The notes beneath the pieces are model-generated. The model did no database searches and had not been told where the DNA came from. It was given only the letters and a program-made list of their open reading frames with translations. The translations under genes and the position numbers were made by a program. From a virus, in IMG/VR virus record IMGVR_UViG_3300045988_139348, positions 1 to 34,258 of that record: a DNA stretch of 34,258 nucleotides. One strand, written 5' to 3'. Positions 7,566-17,346 of the stretch are shown in pieces. The first letter of the stretch is position 1; each line of letters starts with the position of its first letter.

Positions 7566-9337
7566 GGTAATCCTTCTATTGAATAATTGAATCCCCCAAG
7601 TGCGGTATTACCGCACTTGGTACTATTATCTGATGATGCATAACTATTTAGATATACATCTACTTCTGCTACACCATTGGCGGAATATAATACATTATTT
7701 GTTACTCCATGACTATTTTCTATATAGGTTATAAGTGGAGTATCGCCTAATATATACATGTTTTGAACAAACATGCATTCATATATTACTTTCAACATAG
7801 GAATAAGATATGAAGAGCTTGTATTGTTTAATTTAATAGTACCTGAACTTATATTTTTACATAAATATACTAAATATATCGTCTCATTATTTATGGAATC
7901 ATATCCGTAATTATCTACTGATATATTAAAATCGGAAATGTTATTGGTAGTTTGAAAAACATTAATCCACCTTGTTGTGCTTACCGGGAATTGTCCAGAG
8001 ATAGATATATCTACTTTGGACACATTTTTACACAACATAAAAAATGTAATATACTTATTTACCGGAGTCGTATTTATTTTTACGTTAGAGATGTTATTAC
8101 AAGTATCGAATATCCTGATATATGGAGGATTATTTGAAGATACTTGAGGTTTAGATATGAATATATTAGATATATTATTACATTCTCTAAATATTACTTC
8201 CGCTTTCCCCGATTGAGTACTTGAATAAGAAGTGGATATTAAATCTATTGTAATATTAATAATATTACAACTATTTGATATACATATAGTCGAGGTTTGT
8301 GTAGTGGTAGGATTCAGCGGTAAACATAATATAGAATCATATATACCGCTGAATCCTGCTATTACCGAATGAGGATTAGTGGTCTCTCCACTTTGATAAA
8401 TTGCATTTATTTTACCTCCATGTAAAGTCACTCCTCCTGACCCGGAATCTCTTGTTACAATAAAATTAGAAAGAACATTAGTAGATAAAAATCCATTTAA
8501 AACTACTCCGGGATCGCAATATATGTCAACTTTGTTGTTAGATGAAGTATTGCCTAAATTGTATGATTGTGTGATATTGTATTCTCCGGCAAGAATCCTT
8601 ACTTTATATGATCCTCTCGAAAGTATATTATTGAATACAGTGCCAAATTGCGAAATGTTAGATATGGTGTAATCAAAGAACATCCCGTTAACCTCACTGA
8701 CATTAAGCTGATCCGTTCCGACAGCCCCATTGGCTATTCTATCTGAAGTAACGCAATAGTTGGCCAATTGGCCAGTGCCAACAGACCCCCCTGCCAATAT
8801 ATCTTCAGCATCTACTGGAATTTCAAGCAAATCAAAAGTAAATGATTTAGGCATAGGATAATTCCACCCGTATTGCTTCATTAATTCAGGTATAGTTAGA
8901 TTTGCCGGTACACTTAGAGTCAGCTTTGACCCGGAGAATGAAGTGGTTTGAAAAAAATAATCCCGGTAAGCGATATAATTACTACCGCTCTCATTTACTC
9001 TTTGGGTCTCGTTATACCCTACATATAAATTAAATGCAGAACCTTGATTGATGGTAACGACGTTACCATTGTATCTGCAGACGGCTATCTGATCTGAATC
9101 TACTATTGTAGAAGAACTTGTACCGTTGTAATATATCAAAAGAGACCCTTTTGTTATCTGTATTGATGTACCACTTACTGCAATACCGAATATTTTGAAA
9201 ATCCCTGAATTAGTAGCTCCTGTTATACCCATTCCACCTCTGAATATCTCCGTATAAACATTAGCCCCATATTGTATATCTTCGGCATACATCCTGTTGC
9301 CTGAAGTAGTATCTACCTGCATTAACTGTGTCTTCAT
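7562..9337 (-). CDS. Tail fibre / tailspike receptor-binding protein with a beta-helix-like repeat region
   Basis: It is the last large gene of the baseplate block. GSVGTGQLANYCVTSDRIANGAVGTDQLN is a fibre-type motif. Six periodic C-[NK]-N-[IV]-S-x-[hydrophobic]-x-I coils are present. Confidence 0.7.
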   Translation of the reverse strand: MKTQLMQVDTTSGNRMYAEDIQYGANVYTEIFRGGMGITGATNSGIFKIFGIAVSGTSIQITKGSLLIYYNGTSSSTIVDSDQIAVCRYNGNVVTINQGSAFNLYVGYNETQRVNESGSNYIAYRDYFFQTTSFSGSKLTLSVPANLTIPELMKQYGWNYPMPKSFTFDLLEIPVDAEDILAGGSVGTGQLANYCVTSDRIANGAVGTDQLNVSEVNGMFFDYTISNISQFGTVFNNILSRGSYKVRILAGEYNITQSYNLGNTSSNNKVDIYCDPGVVLNGFLSTNVLSNFIVTRDSGSGGVTLHGGKINAIYQSGETTNPHSVIAGFSGIYDSILCLPLNPTTTQTSTICISNSCNIINITIDLISTSYSSTQSGKAEVIFRECNNISNIFISKPQVSSNNPPYIRIFDTCNNISNVKINTTPVNKYITFFMLCKNVSKVDISISGQFPVSTTRWINVFQTTNNISDFNISVDNYGYDSINNETIYLVYLCKNISSGTIKLNNTSSSYLIPMLKVIYECMFVQNMYILGDTPLITYIENSHGVTNNVLYSANGVAEVDVYLNSYASSDNSTKCGNTALGGFNYSIEGLP

Positions 9338-9846
9338 ATTACTATAATTTTATAGTTTATTCCATATAATAATAGAGATCTTATAACCTTAAGGAAATAA
9401 GAATAATCCTCCGTGTTATTTTGAAGTTCCGGAGGAATAATTATATTGACTACTTTAGATGTAGTGTGATTAGGCATATAAAACGCACTGGCAGAAGTCT
9501 GGCTTAATGAAGGCATGAATACCTGTGAACCGTCTGACTGACTTTGTGAATAAAAGAATTTACCGCCTTCATCATCCCCATATTGGATAACTATATTAGG
9601 ATATTTATCCCCGAAAATATCTTCTATGACTTTTTTTACTGCATAATTCCCATATCCACATCCGGCTATTTTGTAATATTCCACCCTCTTTGAATTAAAA
9701 TGGGACAATAAAATTTTTATAGGATAGAACATACATGATAGAAGAATATATAAATAATTCAATTTACATTCTGAATCTACCAAATAATTAGCCCTGAATC
9801 TTTGGTAAATAAATTTAGATATGTCGAAATCACGAAACCGCTTCAT
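9334..9846 (-). CDS. Hypothetical baseplate / fibre-associated protein
   Basis: 170-codon ORF translationally coupled on both sides within the baseplate block. Confidence 0.5.
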   Translation of the reverse strand: MKRFRDFDISKFIYQRFRANYLVDSECKLNYLYILLSCMFYPIKILLSHFNSKRVEYYKIAGCGYGNYAVKKVIEDIFGDKYPNIVIQYGDDEGGKFFYSQSQSDGSQVFMPSLSQTSASAFYMPNHTTSKVVNIIIPPELQNNTEDYSYFLKVIRSLLLYGINYKIIVI

Positions 9847-10627
9847 ACTTGAATGTATTCTGTGTGCCTTCTTTAAAATTGAAATATCCGGACACTAAAT
9901 TTATTTTATTTGATGTAGTAGTTGTTGAACTATCTGCTGTTATCTTAACACTACCTATATACACATTTATAACCCCGTCAACTTCCATTAGTTGAGAAAC
10001 AATATCATTAATATAATAGGTATTCCCTAATATTACATTCTGTTCTATTTCATCTAATTTATCTGAAATGTTCTGTTTTAATTGGTCTAAAGAAATAACA
10101 GAATCATAAGAAATAAGATTTTGAGAACTATCTATTTCTATTACATCCGCTTCTTCTGATTTTATATTCACCGGGAGTCCGAATGCCGTAAAATTTTCAA
10201 AATATGAAGAAAAAGAAGACAGCTGATCGGGAGTTAAAGGGATTAGATTATTATTTGAGTCTGTAGTAGCTACATTAAGAGTGATAAAATTATCTTGAAT
10301 AGATACTGAAGCTTGTTTTATGATCTGTTTAGAAGTATCTATTTGTGCATATCCTAATTTATGCAATGTAGTATCTATTTCTATTAGGTCTACACCTTCC
10401 TGATATTCCTTCGCTATATCTACATAATAACTCTGGTTTAACACTCTATGATTTAAAGCTGCATCGGATATTATAGTTTCAGTATTTGATAATTCAATAT
10501 TGATAATATCTATAATATCACTTGCGAAAGTGGCTATTCTATACCATAATGCACTCGCACTTTGATTAGCAAACCCAAAAAATGATTGGATATTAGCAAT
10601 AATCGAATTTTTATATTCTCCAGCCAT
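9830..10627 (-). CDS. Hypothetical baseplate wedge protein
   Basis: 265-codon ORF. The call rests on its position between hub/spike and fibre genes. Confidence 0.5.
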   Translation of the reverse strand: MAGEYKNSIIANIQSFFGFANQSASALWYRIATFASDIIDIINIELSNTETIISDAALNHRVLNQSYYVDIAKEYQEGVDLIEIDTTLHKLGYAQIDTSKQIIKQASVSIQDNFITLNVATTDSNNNLIPLTPDQLSSFSSYFENFTAFGLPVNIKSEEADVIEIDSSQNLISYDSVISLDQLKQNISDKLDEIEQNVILGNTYYINDIVSQLMEVDGVINVYIGSVKITADSSTTTTSNKINLVSGYFNFKEGTQNTFKYEAVS

Positions 10628-10629
10628 AA

Positions 10630-11652
10630 TTATATACTCGTTTTTTCAACTGTAATAGTTCCAGAAGTGGGATTATAAGTTATAACTTCACTATATATCT
10701 TATTTATTCCTGAATCAAAGAATGCTATAGTCCATTTGACATTATCACCTCCGACACTTTCACCCCAAAATGTCAAACACTCTGTTAGACGTCCGGCACT
10801 ATCATTTATTGTAAATCTCGTACCGTCATAGGCACTCATTATAACGGATTCATCATAAGTGCCGAAAATGTCTGATAGCCAACCGTTCATATTCTCATAA
10901 CTATCTCCTGTATTATATACTAAAATAGAATTATCAATATTTATAGTAATATCACATATTCCATTTTTATATAAAAAGGATGTTATATTTAATGTACCAG
11001 ATTGTAATACACAATATATTATTGTTCCATAATCATATACTGATGTATATCTGTGATAACAGATTTGTAAGACAGTACCGGCGGTATTAGTAGATAAATA
11101 TAATGGGGTATATACTCCATTGTATAGCATATATAGATTGCTTTTACAAGCATTCTTTAAATCATCTGCATCTTTAAAATTCGAAGTTAGCCATTCTTGT
11201 ATTTCTTCTTGTGAGGACAAACCTACTAAGGAAGGGACATTACGGGACAAATTAAGGTCTGTTCTTTGAACTCTTAGTTTATAATTAGAATCTGATGAAT
11301 CTCTTGTAATAGTTCCATTAAATAATATCGAACCATTTTCATTAGCCCCAGTATCATTATAATAAATACAACTATAATTTAAAGTGGTCTCACTGATATT
11401 TATAGATATGGCACTTTGAACTCCTGTAGTTTGGCAGTATAAAGTATGATTTTCTGTAGTTAAATAATTATACAGATCGTCAAATGTAAATCCACATAAG
11501 GTAAATGTTTGTTTAATATCATCGCTTTTATCTGTATTCCCTAACTCATTTAAAATATATATAAATACTGAAAGTGATTTTACTATATTTTCTGTCGATT
11601 GCTTTAATGCAGCCTCGATTTGATCAAATGTATAACTTAAAGTTTTAGCCAT
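10630..11652 (-). CDS. Hypothetical baseplate structural protein
   Basis: 340-codon ORF in the baseplate block, rich in N/T/S/Y. Confidence 0.5.
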   Translation of the reverse strand: MAKTLSYTFDQIEAALKQSTENIVKSLSVFIYILNELGNTDKSDDIKQTFTLCGFTFDDLYNYLTTENHTLYCQTTGVQSAISINISETTLNYSCIYYNDTGANENGSILFNGTITRDSSDSNYKLRVQRTDLNLSRNVPSLVGLSSQEEIQEWLTSNFKDADDLKNACKSNLYMLYNGVYTPLYLSTNTAGTVLQICYHRYTSVYDYGTIIYCVLQSGTLNITSFLYKNGICDITINIDNSILVYNTGDSYENMNGWLSDIFGTYDESVIMSAYDGTRFTINDSAGRLTECLTFWGESVGGDNVKWTIAFFDSGINKIYSEVITYNPTSGTITVEKTSI

Positions 11653-12010
11653 TTTTAGAATATAAAAGGTTATTAGTATTATCTCTTAAAGGTATATTGT
11701 CGGAAGACGATAAATATTCTGTTGAATTATTTATCTCATCCAAAGAATCCCATATTTCGGATATATTCGATTGTAAAGTGTTAATATCAATGGACTCATT
11801 GGCGAAAGGATATTTCTCTGCACGCAAAAGAGCCTCATTATTACTTTTCTTTATATCGGTAGTATTAAGAACCTGCCCTACTGCTAAATCAGGAGTATAA
11901 GAAGTTATATTATTAAGTTCAAGTAATAAATCTATTTCTTGAATATCTCCGGATATACATAACATACAATCATATATATTCTGTCCGTGTTTTACAACAT
12001 AACTACTCAT
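11645..12010 (-). CDS. LysM-like tail protein (P2 gpX-like, tentative)
   Basis: YVVKHGQNIYDCMLCISGDIQEIDLLLELNNI....DLAVGQVL follows the LysM pattern Y.V..G.....ia.......ll..N.l.....l..Gq.l. Confidence 0.45.
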   Translation of the reverse strand: MSSYVVKHGQNIYDCMLCISGDIQEIDLLLELNNITSYTPDLAVGQVLNTTDIKKSNNEALLRAEKYPFANESIDINTLQSNISEIWDSLDEINNSTEYLSSSDNIPLRDNTNNLLYSKNG

Positions 12011-12335
12011 TTGTTATCTCTTGTTTATATTTTACAGATAGATCATATTCATATTCTCCGAAATTTTCCAGAACAGTTATATTTATGTTAGCTGATTGCG
12101 CCCCGTCATTATATAGTTGATCTACACATTCGGATGAAAGTCTGTTAGCTTCATTTTGATTGCATAATATCCCGATTTCTTTAAACCCTATTCCTTTGCC
12201 TGCGTTATTAAGGTCTACACAGCTTTTAGAAAAGAACATAGCCCCGTTCTGTAATGAACATGGATCGGCTATAAACAAATCATGTTCATTAAACTTTATA
12301 TCATTATTATCAAAATCGAAATATATATCCTGCAT
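12003..12335 (-). CDS. Hypothetical small baseplate protein
   Basis: 110-codon ORF just after the spike gene. No motif recognised. Confidence 0.45.
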   Translation of the reverse strand: MQDIYFDFDNNDIKFNEHDLFIADPCSLQNGAMFFSKSCVDLNNAGKGIGFKEIGILCNQNEANRLSSECVDQLYNDGAQSANINITVLENFGEYEYDLSVKYKQEITNE

Positions 12336-12383
12336 ATATATATTGTTTTATACAAACTTACTAAATTAATAATAAAAAACAAA

Positions 12384-12965
12384 TTAATGAGTTATTTTTT
12401 CATCTTGATAATCCGTTTCATCAAAATCCTTCGCTGTACCCGTTATTTTGGGGGAAGGCATATCACTCGTTCCTTGCGGGACAATATGTGTATGATTGTT
12501 GAATGTAGATATAATATCATTTACCGTACTTACAAGCTCGTTAAGTTTTGAAGTAAGTTGTTCTATATAGATCAAAGGGGAATCCCCACCATTAAGAACG
12601 ATTTTATCATTGGTAATTGAAACGGTAGAATTACCTATTGTAATGTCCGCCTTATCCAATTGGGTAAAAAGGATAGGGAAAGCAAGTGACGGATCATTCT
12701 GAACAAATCCTATTATTACAAGTGAGCCTATTGTAGGGGTAACGATAGTAGAGGTCTCAATACCTTGAACACCTGTTAACGGTATGTCTCTTATCTCACT
12801 ATCCTCTAATGTGGATAAATCGAATGTTTTTTCCTCTATATTTACTGATATAACCTCTCCATACATGAGGGATATAGGCCTCATTTCGGAAATAGCTATA
12901 GAAAGACTATTCCCTATTTCTTGCATAGCTGTTTCGAATTTCAGTCCCATAATATTACCATTCAA
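12384..12965 (-). CDS. Baseplate central spike protein (gpV / Mu gp45-like)
   Basis: The pattern YGEVISV...IRDIPL...PTIGSLVIIGFVQNDPSLAFPI is typical of the OB-fold spike N-domain. It lies after the hub gene. Confidence 0.55.
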   Translation of the reverse strand: MNGNIMGLKFETAMQEIGNSLSIAISEMRPISLMYGEVISVNIEEKTFDLSTLEDSEIRDIPLTGVQGIETSTIVTPTIGSLVIIGFVQNDPSLAFPILFTQLDKADITIGNSTVSITNDKIVLNGGDSPLIYIEQLTSKLNELVSTVNDIISTFNNHTHIVPQGTSDMPSPKITGTAKDFDETDYQDEKITH

Positions 12966-14055
12966 ACCTGTTATCCGTAACCGTTAAAACTCTTCTGTAG
13001 CCATTTGCCCCTAAACTTATTCTTATTCCAATAACATAAAAATTATTGTTCAGTTCAGGGAGCAAATTATCTGTATATTCAATATAATCGAACATTTTAA
13101 TATCCGGATAAAGCAATGTAGTTATAGTTCCGGAATTTGTAGTTGACCTTAATCCATTCCAAGCATTTATGGCTATTTCTTTAAGACCTTCTTCCGTCTG
13201 GATAGGTTTATATCCTAAATTTATCCTTCTCGATGATGCCTCTTTATCTCCTGCAGTAGCTTTAACTCGTTTGCCATTTATATAGGCATTAGCCTCGACA
13301 TAATAATCTTCAAACATCCCGTTTACAGGTTTTATGTCCCTATCTATTACATTAACTTTAGTGTCCAATTTTATGGTTTCTTTATCCGGGAACGTACTTC
13401 CTGTACCCATATAAAGATTCCCTTCTTTATCTATCCCGGTAAATATTTTGAACATATCCATTAATCTTTGGCATACTTGAAACGGAGATGCACCCTTCCA
13501 TACTTTCATGTTAAATTCAGAAGTAGCCGTTTCAGATGAAACGGCTAAGGGTTTATAAGACGATGTGAGACCTTGACTGTCACGATATTTTGAAAATGCC
13601 TCATTCCCTATTTTACAGCAATATTCTAATCCTTCTGTTAATGGAGCTTTTTGAACCCATTCTTTATTTACCTTTCCGAATCTCAATATAAAGGCCCTAT
13701 CTTCCAATATCAAAGTAGTAGGGAATCCGGAGATTATCTGTTTTATGAACCCGTCAAATATCAATAGAGGTTTTCCGAATTCTACCTGAGCTATATCTTT
13801 ATATTTTGCTTTTACTTGTATTTGCGCACCGACTTTTATATTATATTTGGCCAAGTCTACTATTGTCATACCTGTAATTATGTTTCCGGTATTATCGAGT
13901 TTGGCTACTGTATGTATAGGTATCTTCAATTCTCCCCTTTCTGCAAGATGATCTCTTGTATTGTTGGATTCAAAAGATACGAAGTTGAGTATTTTCCTAC
14001 CTTCTACCCATACCTCATTTTCGCATATAAAATAATTTAATCGGCAGTTAGGCAT
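12955..14055 (-). CDS. Baseplate hub / late-control gpD-like tail protein
   Basis: 366-codon ORF. Size and position, two genes after the tape measure and before the spike, match P2 gpD / Mu gp44. Confidence 0.5.
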   Translation of the reverse strand: MPNCRLNYFICENEVWVEGRKILNFVSFESNNTRDHLAERGELKIPIHTVAKLDNTGNIITGMTIVDLAKYNIKVGAQIQVKAKYKDIAQVEFGKPLLIFDGFIKQIISGFPTTLILEDRAFILRFGKVNKEWVQKAPLTEGLEYCCKIGNEAFSKYRDSQGLTSSYKPLAVSSETATSEFNMKVWKGASPFQVCQRLMDMFKIFTGIDKEGNLYMGTGSTFPDKETIKLDTKVNVIDRDIKPVNGMFEDYYVEANAYINGKRVKATAGDKEASSRRINLGYKPIQTEEGLKEIAINAWNGLRSTTNSGTITTLLYPDIKMFDYIEYTDNLLPELNNNFYVIGIRISLGANGYRRVLTVTDNRFEW

Positions 14056-14056
14056 A

Positions 14057-14809
14057 TCAATTTACAAATAATGTTTGTGTTGTTAAATCCACTTCCATTA
14101 AGGTTAAGTTTATCATAGTAATGTCAGACCCTTCCGTAGGGATTATATTGTATCTTGTTAATGTACAATATTTTATACCTAAATCTTTTGTGATATAGGG
14201 ATTAGATACTTCAAAAATAGGCTGATCTTTTCTGATGTATTTCAAGAAATCTCCCAATCTGGCTACAGAACGATCCTGTTGCATTATAAAAGACATTTCA
14301 TCTGTCCCCGTTTTTGCGTCCCATTGCCTACGTTCCATCCTTATTCTCATTTCTATAATTTGAGGCTCATAGAAAGTGTTTTCGAGTATCTGAATGCCTC
14401 CTACCAATTGCGATTTTACTATATTGGTAGTGCCGGAAACGGAAAAACTAAATGAAAGCGGCAAGAAATAATCTCCGCATTGAAATATATAATCATAATT
14501 CGTATTATATAATTCCTTATTGGAATTATCATCTTTCTTGTATAATCTATCGGAATATGAAACGTAACGTTTTTTCTCTTCCAAACCCTTAGAATATTTA
14601 CTTTCTTCGGATTTTACGCCTCTTACAGATCTTATTATACCTACAGTTGAGAATGTAAGTTTCATAAGATTATTTGCAGTATCTATAACTTCATTCCCAC
14701 TTCGAACTACATCTCCTATCTTACTTAATGTAGAAGCTCCGGCATTAGATACGAGTTCACCGAATGACGGTACAGAACTATTGGCTGTATAATCTTTTTT
14801 TTCTTCCAT
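14057..14809 (-). CDS. Hypothetical tail protein following the tape measure
   Basis: 250-codon ORF. Call is by position only. Confidence 0.45.
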   Translation of the reverse strand: MEEKKDYTANSSVPSFGELVSNAGASTLSKIGDVVRSGNEVIDTANNLMKLTFSTVGIIRSVRGVKSEESKYSKGLEEKKRYVSYSDRLYKKDDNSNKELYNTNYDYIFQCGDYFLPLSFSFSVSGTTNIVKSQLVGGIQILENTFYEPQIIEMRIRMERRQWDAKTGTDEMSFIMQQDRSVARLGDFLKYIRKDQPIFEVSNPYITKDLGIKYCTLTRYNIIPTEGSDITMINLTLMEVDLTTQTLFVN

Positions 14810-14815
14810 ATCCTA

Positions 14816-16711
14816 TTATTGACTTGAAGCTGTTAATGTGGCATTATTAAAAGCTATATGCAACCCTCTTGTAACAGCATTTTCAGCAACTTCCTCCATT
14901 TCCTTTAACAAGGATTCCGTATCGTTGGGTTGCATATTATTTATCATTTCAACAATAGACTTGTTGAAATTTATTATAAGAGCTCTTGATCCCCTTGTGA
15001 GGCTTTGAAGTTTCCCTGTTTCTTCATCACCTGAAACTCCCTGTATTTTAGGATTATAATTATCCATACCGGCCAAAACTTCTTTTATAGTCTGTTCTGT
15101 ACCTACACCTCTTAAAAGATCAAACCCCATTTGATTTAATCTCTTTGACCCGAAACTCAATTTTTCAGCGAGTTCCCCATATTCTGCATTTGTGAGCTTT
15201 ATTTTAGTAGGGGCATTATTTACACTTGAATATCTCAATTTCCCTTCCTTATCGCGGAATAATGATGTAGATGTAAAGCCGATTTTGGTAAGAAGGGTTC
15301 TTGAAAAACTATTATAATCATAAAATTTAGAAAATAATGCTCTCTGTTCAGGACTATATTTGTCCGGGTCTTTGAATCCTCCATACAAAGTCCCGGCTAT
15401 ACCTCCTATTCCTCCACCTATTGGTCCTCCTACAGCATAACCGGCCACAACCCCTTTTGCTGCATTGGAAATAATATTCTTTATTCTTATAAATTCATCG
15501 GATTGTAGGAACTTTGCAAAGGAACTTCCTATGGATATAATACTCATTACAAAATCCTCGAAAGTATTCAATAAAGGTTTAAAATCTATCTTCCCTATTT
15601 CAGTAAATAGTCCTTCCAATGCTTTATTTATGCTTACTGAAAGATCGGCTATTGCAATATAGAATTTTTCAAGGGATTTCGTTTTCGACATAGATAATTC
15701 TTCTTCCGATAACGCTACCCTTCCTCTTGCTACGGCCACGTCAGGCAAATTATAGGATTCGGAAAATTTAGCGAAGGCATCTATAAGAGATTGCGGATTA
15801 TTGCGGATAAAACTATATATATCCTCTCCTTTATTCTTTGATTGCGCCCTTAAATCGAATACATATTTTTCTATTAAAGGAACTGACTTGAACAATTCCT
15901 TCATATCTATTCCCTGCCAAGTAGTTAGTAATTGTTGTAAGTTCAACCCTACAATTTGCATATCTCTACCCGATACGGCAGAAATACGTGATGCCACATT
16001 TGCGAAAAAATTAGCGTCCCTATCGTTTAATTTTGTATTACCTACCGTAAGACCTGATAAGGTATTTAATAAAGATACTGTGCCTGAACGACTCGCCCCT
16101 GTTTTTGTGGCTATATCCGAAGCATTCTTATATATATTCTCAAAATCGCTTCCTCGTGTCAGCCTAACCATATCATAGGTTGCGGTATTTTGAATTGCAG
16201 TAGTTACGCTTTCCCCCATTAAAGAGCGTTTCCCGAATTTGTATAATAATCCGCCTCCTACTACACCAATGGCATTAATCCCTATTAACGCTCCCATCCC
16301 TGTAACAAATTGTCGGAGAATAGGAATTGTTTTTAATACAACTTGTGAGAACTCATTAAACATATTCAGGAAATTCCCGAAGTTTCTTCTTGCTCCTGAA
16401 ATAGAAGTAGCATTCGACCAAAAATTCTGTTGGAATCTTCTTCTGGCTCTTTTCGCATCTTCCAGTTTCTGGAAAGTCTGTGAGAAATCGAAAAATTTGT
16501 TATGCCTGAATTTATAGTTTAAATATCTGAATTCTCTTTCTGTTTTAGAATCTATAATATTGCGTGAGGCAGAGGAGGAAAAACTTCCTGAACCTCCGCC
16601 ATTCACACGCACATTCCTCGCCTTTCTATTAATATCTTTCAGCTTATCGTCTACTAAATTAAGCTTTTCTAATATATTCCCTTTGAGGTCTAAAACAACA
16701 GAATAATTCAT
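14816..16711 (-). CDS. Tail tape measure protein
   Basis: 631 aa, helical and low in complexity, with a Gly-rich hydrophobic segment VVAGYAVGGPIGGGIGGIAGTLYGG. It lies directly after the chaperone frameshift pair. Confidence 0.8.
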   Translation of the reverse strand: MNYSVVLDLKGNILEKLNLVDDKLKDINRKARNVRVNGGGSGSFSSSASRNIIDSKTEREFRYLNYKFRHNKFFDFSQTFQKLEDAKRARRRFQQNFWSNATSISGARRNFGNFLNMFNEFSQVVLKTIPILRQFVTGMGALIGINAIGVVGGGLLYKFGKRSLMGESVTTAIQNTATYDMVRLTRGSDFENIYKNASDIATKTGASRSGTVSLLNTLSGLTVGNTKLNDRDANFFANVASRISAVSGRDMQIVGLNLQQLLTTWQGIDMKELFKSVPLIEKYVFDLRAQSKNKGEDIYSFIRNNPQSLIDAFAKFSESYNLPDVAVARGRVALSEEELSMSKTKSLEKFYIAIADLSVSINKALEGLFTEIGKIDFKPLLNTFEDFVMSIISIGSSFAKFLQSDEFIRIKNIISNAAKGVVAGYAVGGPIGGGIGGIAGTLYGGFKDPDKYSPEQRALFSKFYDYNSFSRTLLTKIGFTSTSLFRDKEGKLRYSSVNNAPTKIKLTNAEYGELAEKLSFGSKRLNQMGFDLLRGVGTEQTIKEVLAGMDNYNPKIQGVSGDEETGKLQSLTRGSRALIINFNKSIVEMINNMQPNDTESLLKEMEEVAENAVTRGLHIAFNNATLTASSQ

Positions 16712-16712
16712 A

Positions 16713-16973
16713 TCATTTCTTTTCGTGAAAAGGAGCTAAATCTATGTTATATATCATCCAATACGCCCCAATAGCATAATCGCTTATCTCTTTAGCTGAT
16801 AATCTTTCAGTGACCTGATCTATCGGGATATTGAAATATCGTGAAATTAAACATTTCTGAATAAAAAGGCAATCTCTTTTTAATATTTCTTTTACATCTT
16901 CATCTATTATTCTTGAATAGTCTTTTCCTCGCTTCCGGATATTCCCATTTGGCGAGAAATGATGATAAAAAAA
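16713..16973 (-). CDS. Tail assembly chaperone -1 frameshift extension (long product = 17293..16967 joined to the -1 frame through 16713)
   Basis: Frame-0 codons GAT TTT TTT form a T_TTT_TTT heptamer. The -1 frame is then open for 84 codons (YHHFSPNGN...IYNIDLAPFHEKK). It fills the otherwise ORF-less 196-nt gap and stops at TGA 16715-16713, one nt before the tape measure ATG. Confidence 0.6.
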   Translation of the reverse strand, partial: FFYHHFSPNGNIRKRGKDYSRIIDEDVKEILKRDCLFIQKCLISRYFNIPIDQVTERLSAKEISDYAIGAYWMIYNIDLAPFHEKK

Positions 16974-17293
16974 TCGGCTATATCCTTCTGAACTTCTTCG
17001 GATTGGAAAATAGTCAGACAGGCGAAAGCGTCTTTAGATATCTCCTCTCTTAATTTAGGGTCTACTATACATAATTTGGCATATTTTACAGCATCATCCA
17101 TAATTGCATCCATATCCATATCCCCGTTTCTGTTAAGACCGAATGCGAATTTAGAATGCGCCAAGTTAGTCCTTTGAAGTTTGAAAATCTGCAAGTTATT
17201 AACCTCTTTTTCCGTTTCTATCATTTCAGAGGTTTTAGGGTCTGGTACTGCCGACATATATTTTAAGTTCGGCAATTCGAAAATATTTCTCAT
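16907..17293 (-). CDS. Tail assembly chaperone (short, frame-0 product)
   Basis: 128-codon ORF between the tube and tape measure genes. It contains the slippery T7 run at 16967-16973. Confidence 0.65.
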   Translation of the reverse strand: MRNIFELPNLKYMSAVPDPKTSEMIETEKEVNNLQIFKLQRTNLAHSKFAFGLNRNGDMDMDAIMDDAVKYAKLCIVDPKLREEISKDAFACLTIFQSEEVQKDIADFFIIISRQMGISGSEEKTIQE

Positions 17294-17311
17294 TTTGCGT
17301 GTGATTTTTTA

Positions 17312-17340
17312 ACCGGGAACTCCATTAAAAAGTTCCCGGT
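17312..17340 (-). promoter_or_regulatory. Perfect 10-bp stem hairpin between the tube and chaperone genes
   Basis: accgggaact (17312-17321) / 9-nt loop / agttcccggt (17331-17340). No downstream U-tract on the minus strand, so this is probably an RNA-stability or attenuation element rather than a canonical terminator. Confidence 0.45.
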
Positions 17341-17346
17341 AGTAGA

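Noticed and set aside
15801-16178. 125-codon plus-strand ORF antisense to the tape measure gene; also 23123-23527 (antisense to the LamG gene) and 32337-32771 (antisense to the exonuclease gene)
   Set aside because: These have shadow ORF composition, are fully embedded in well-supported genes on the other strand, and carry no motifs.
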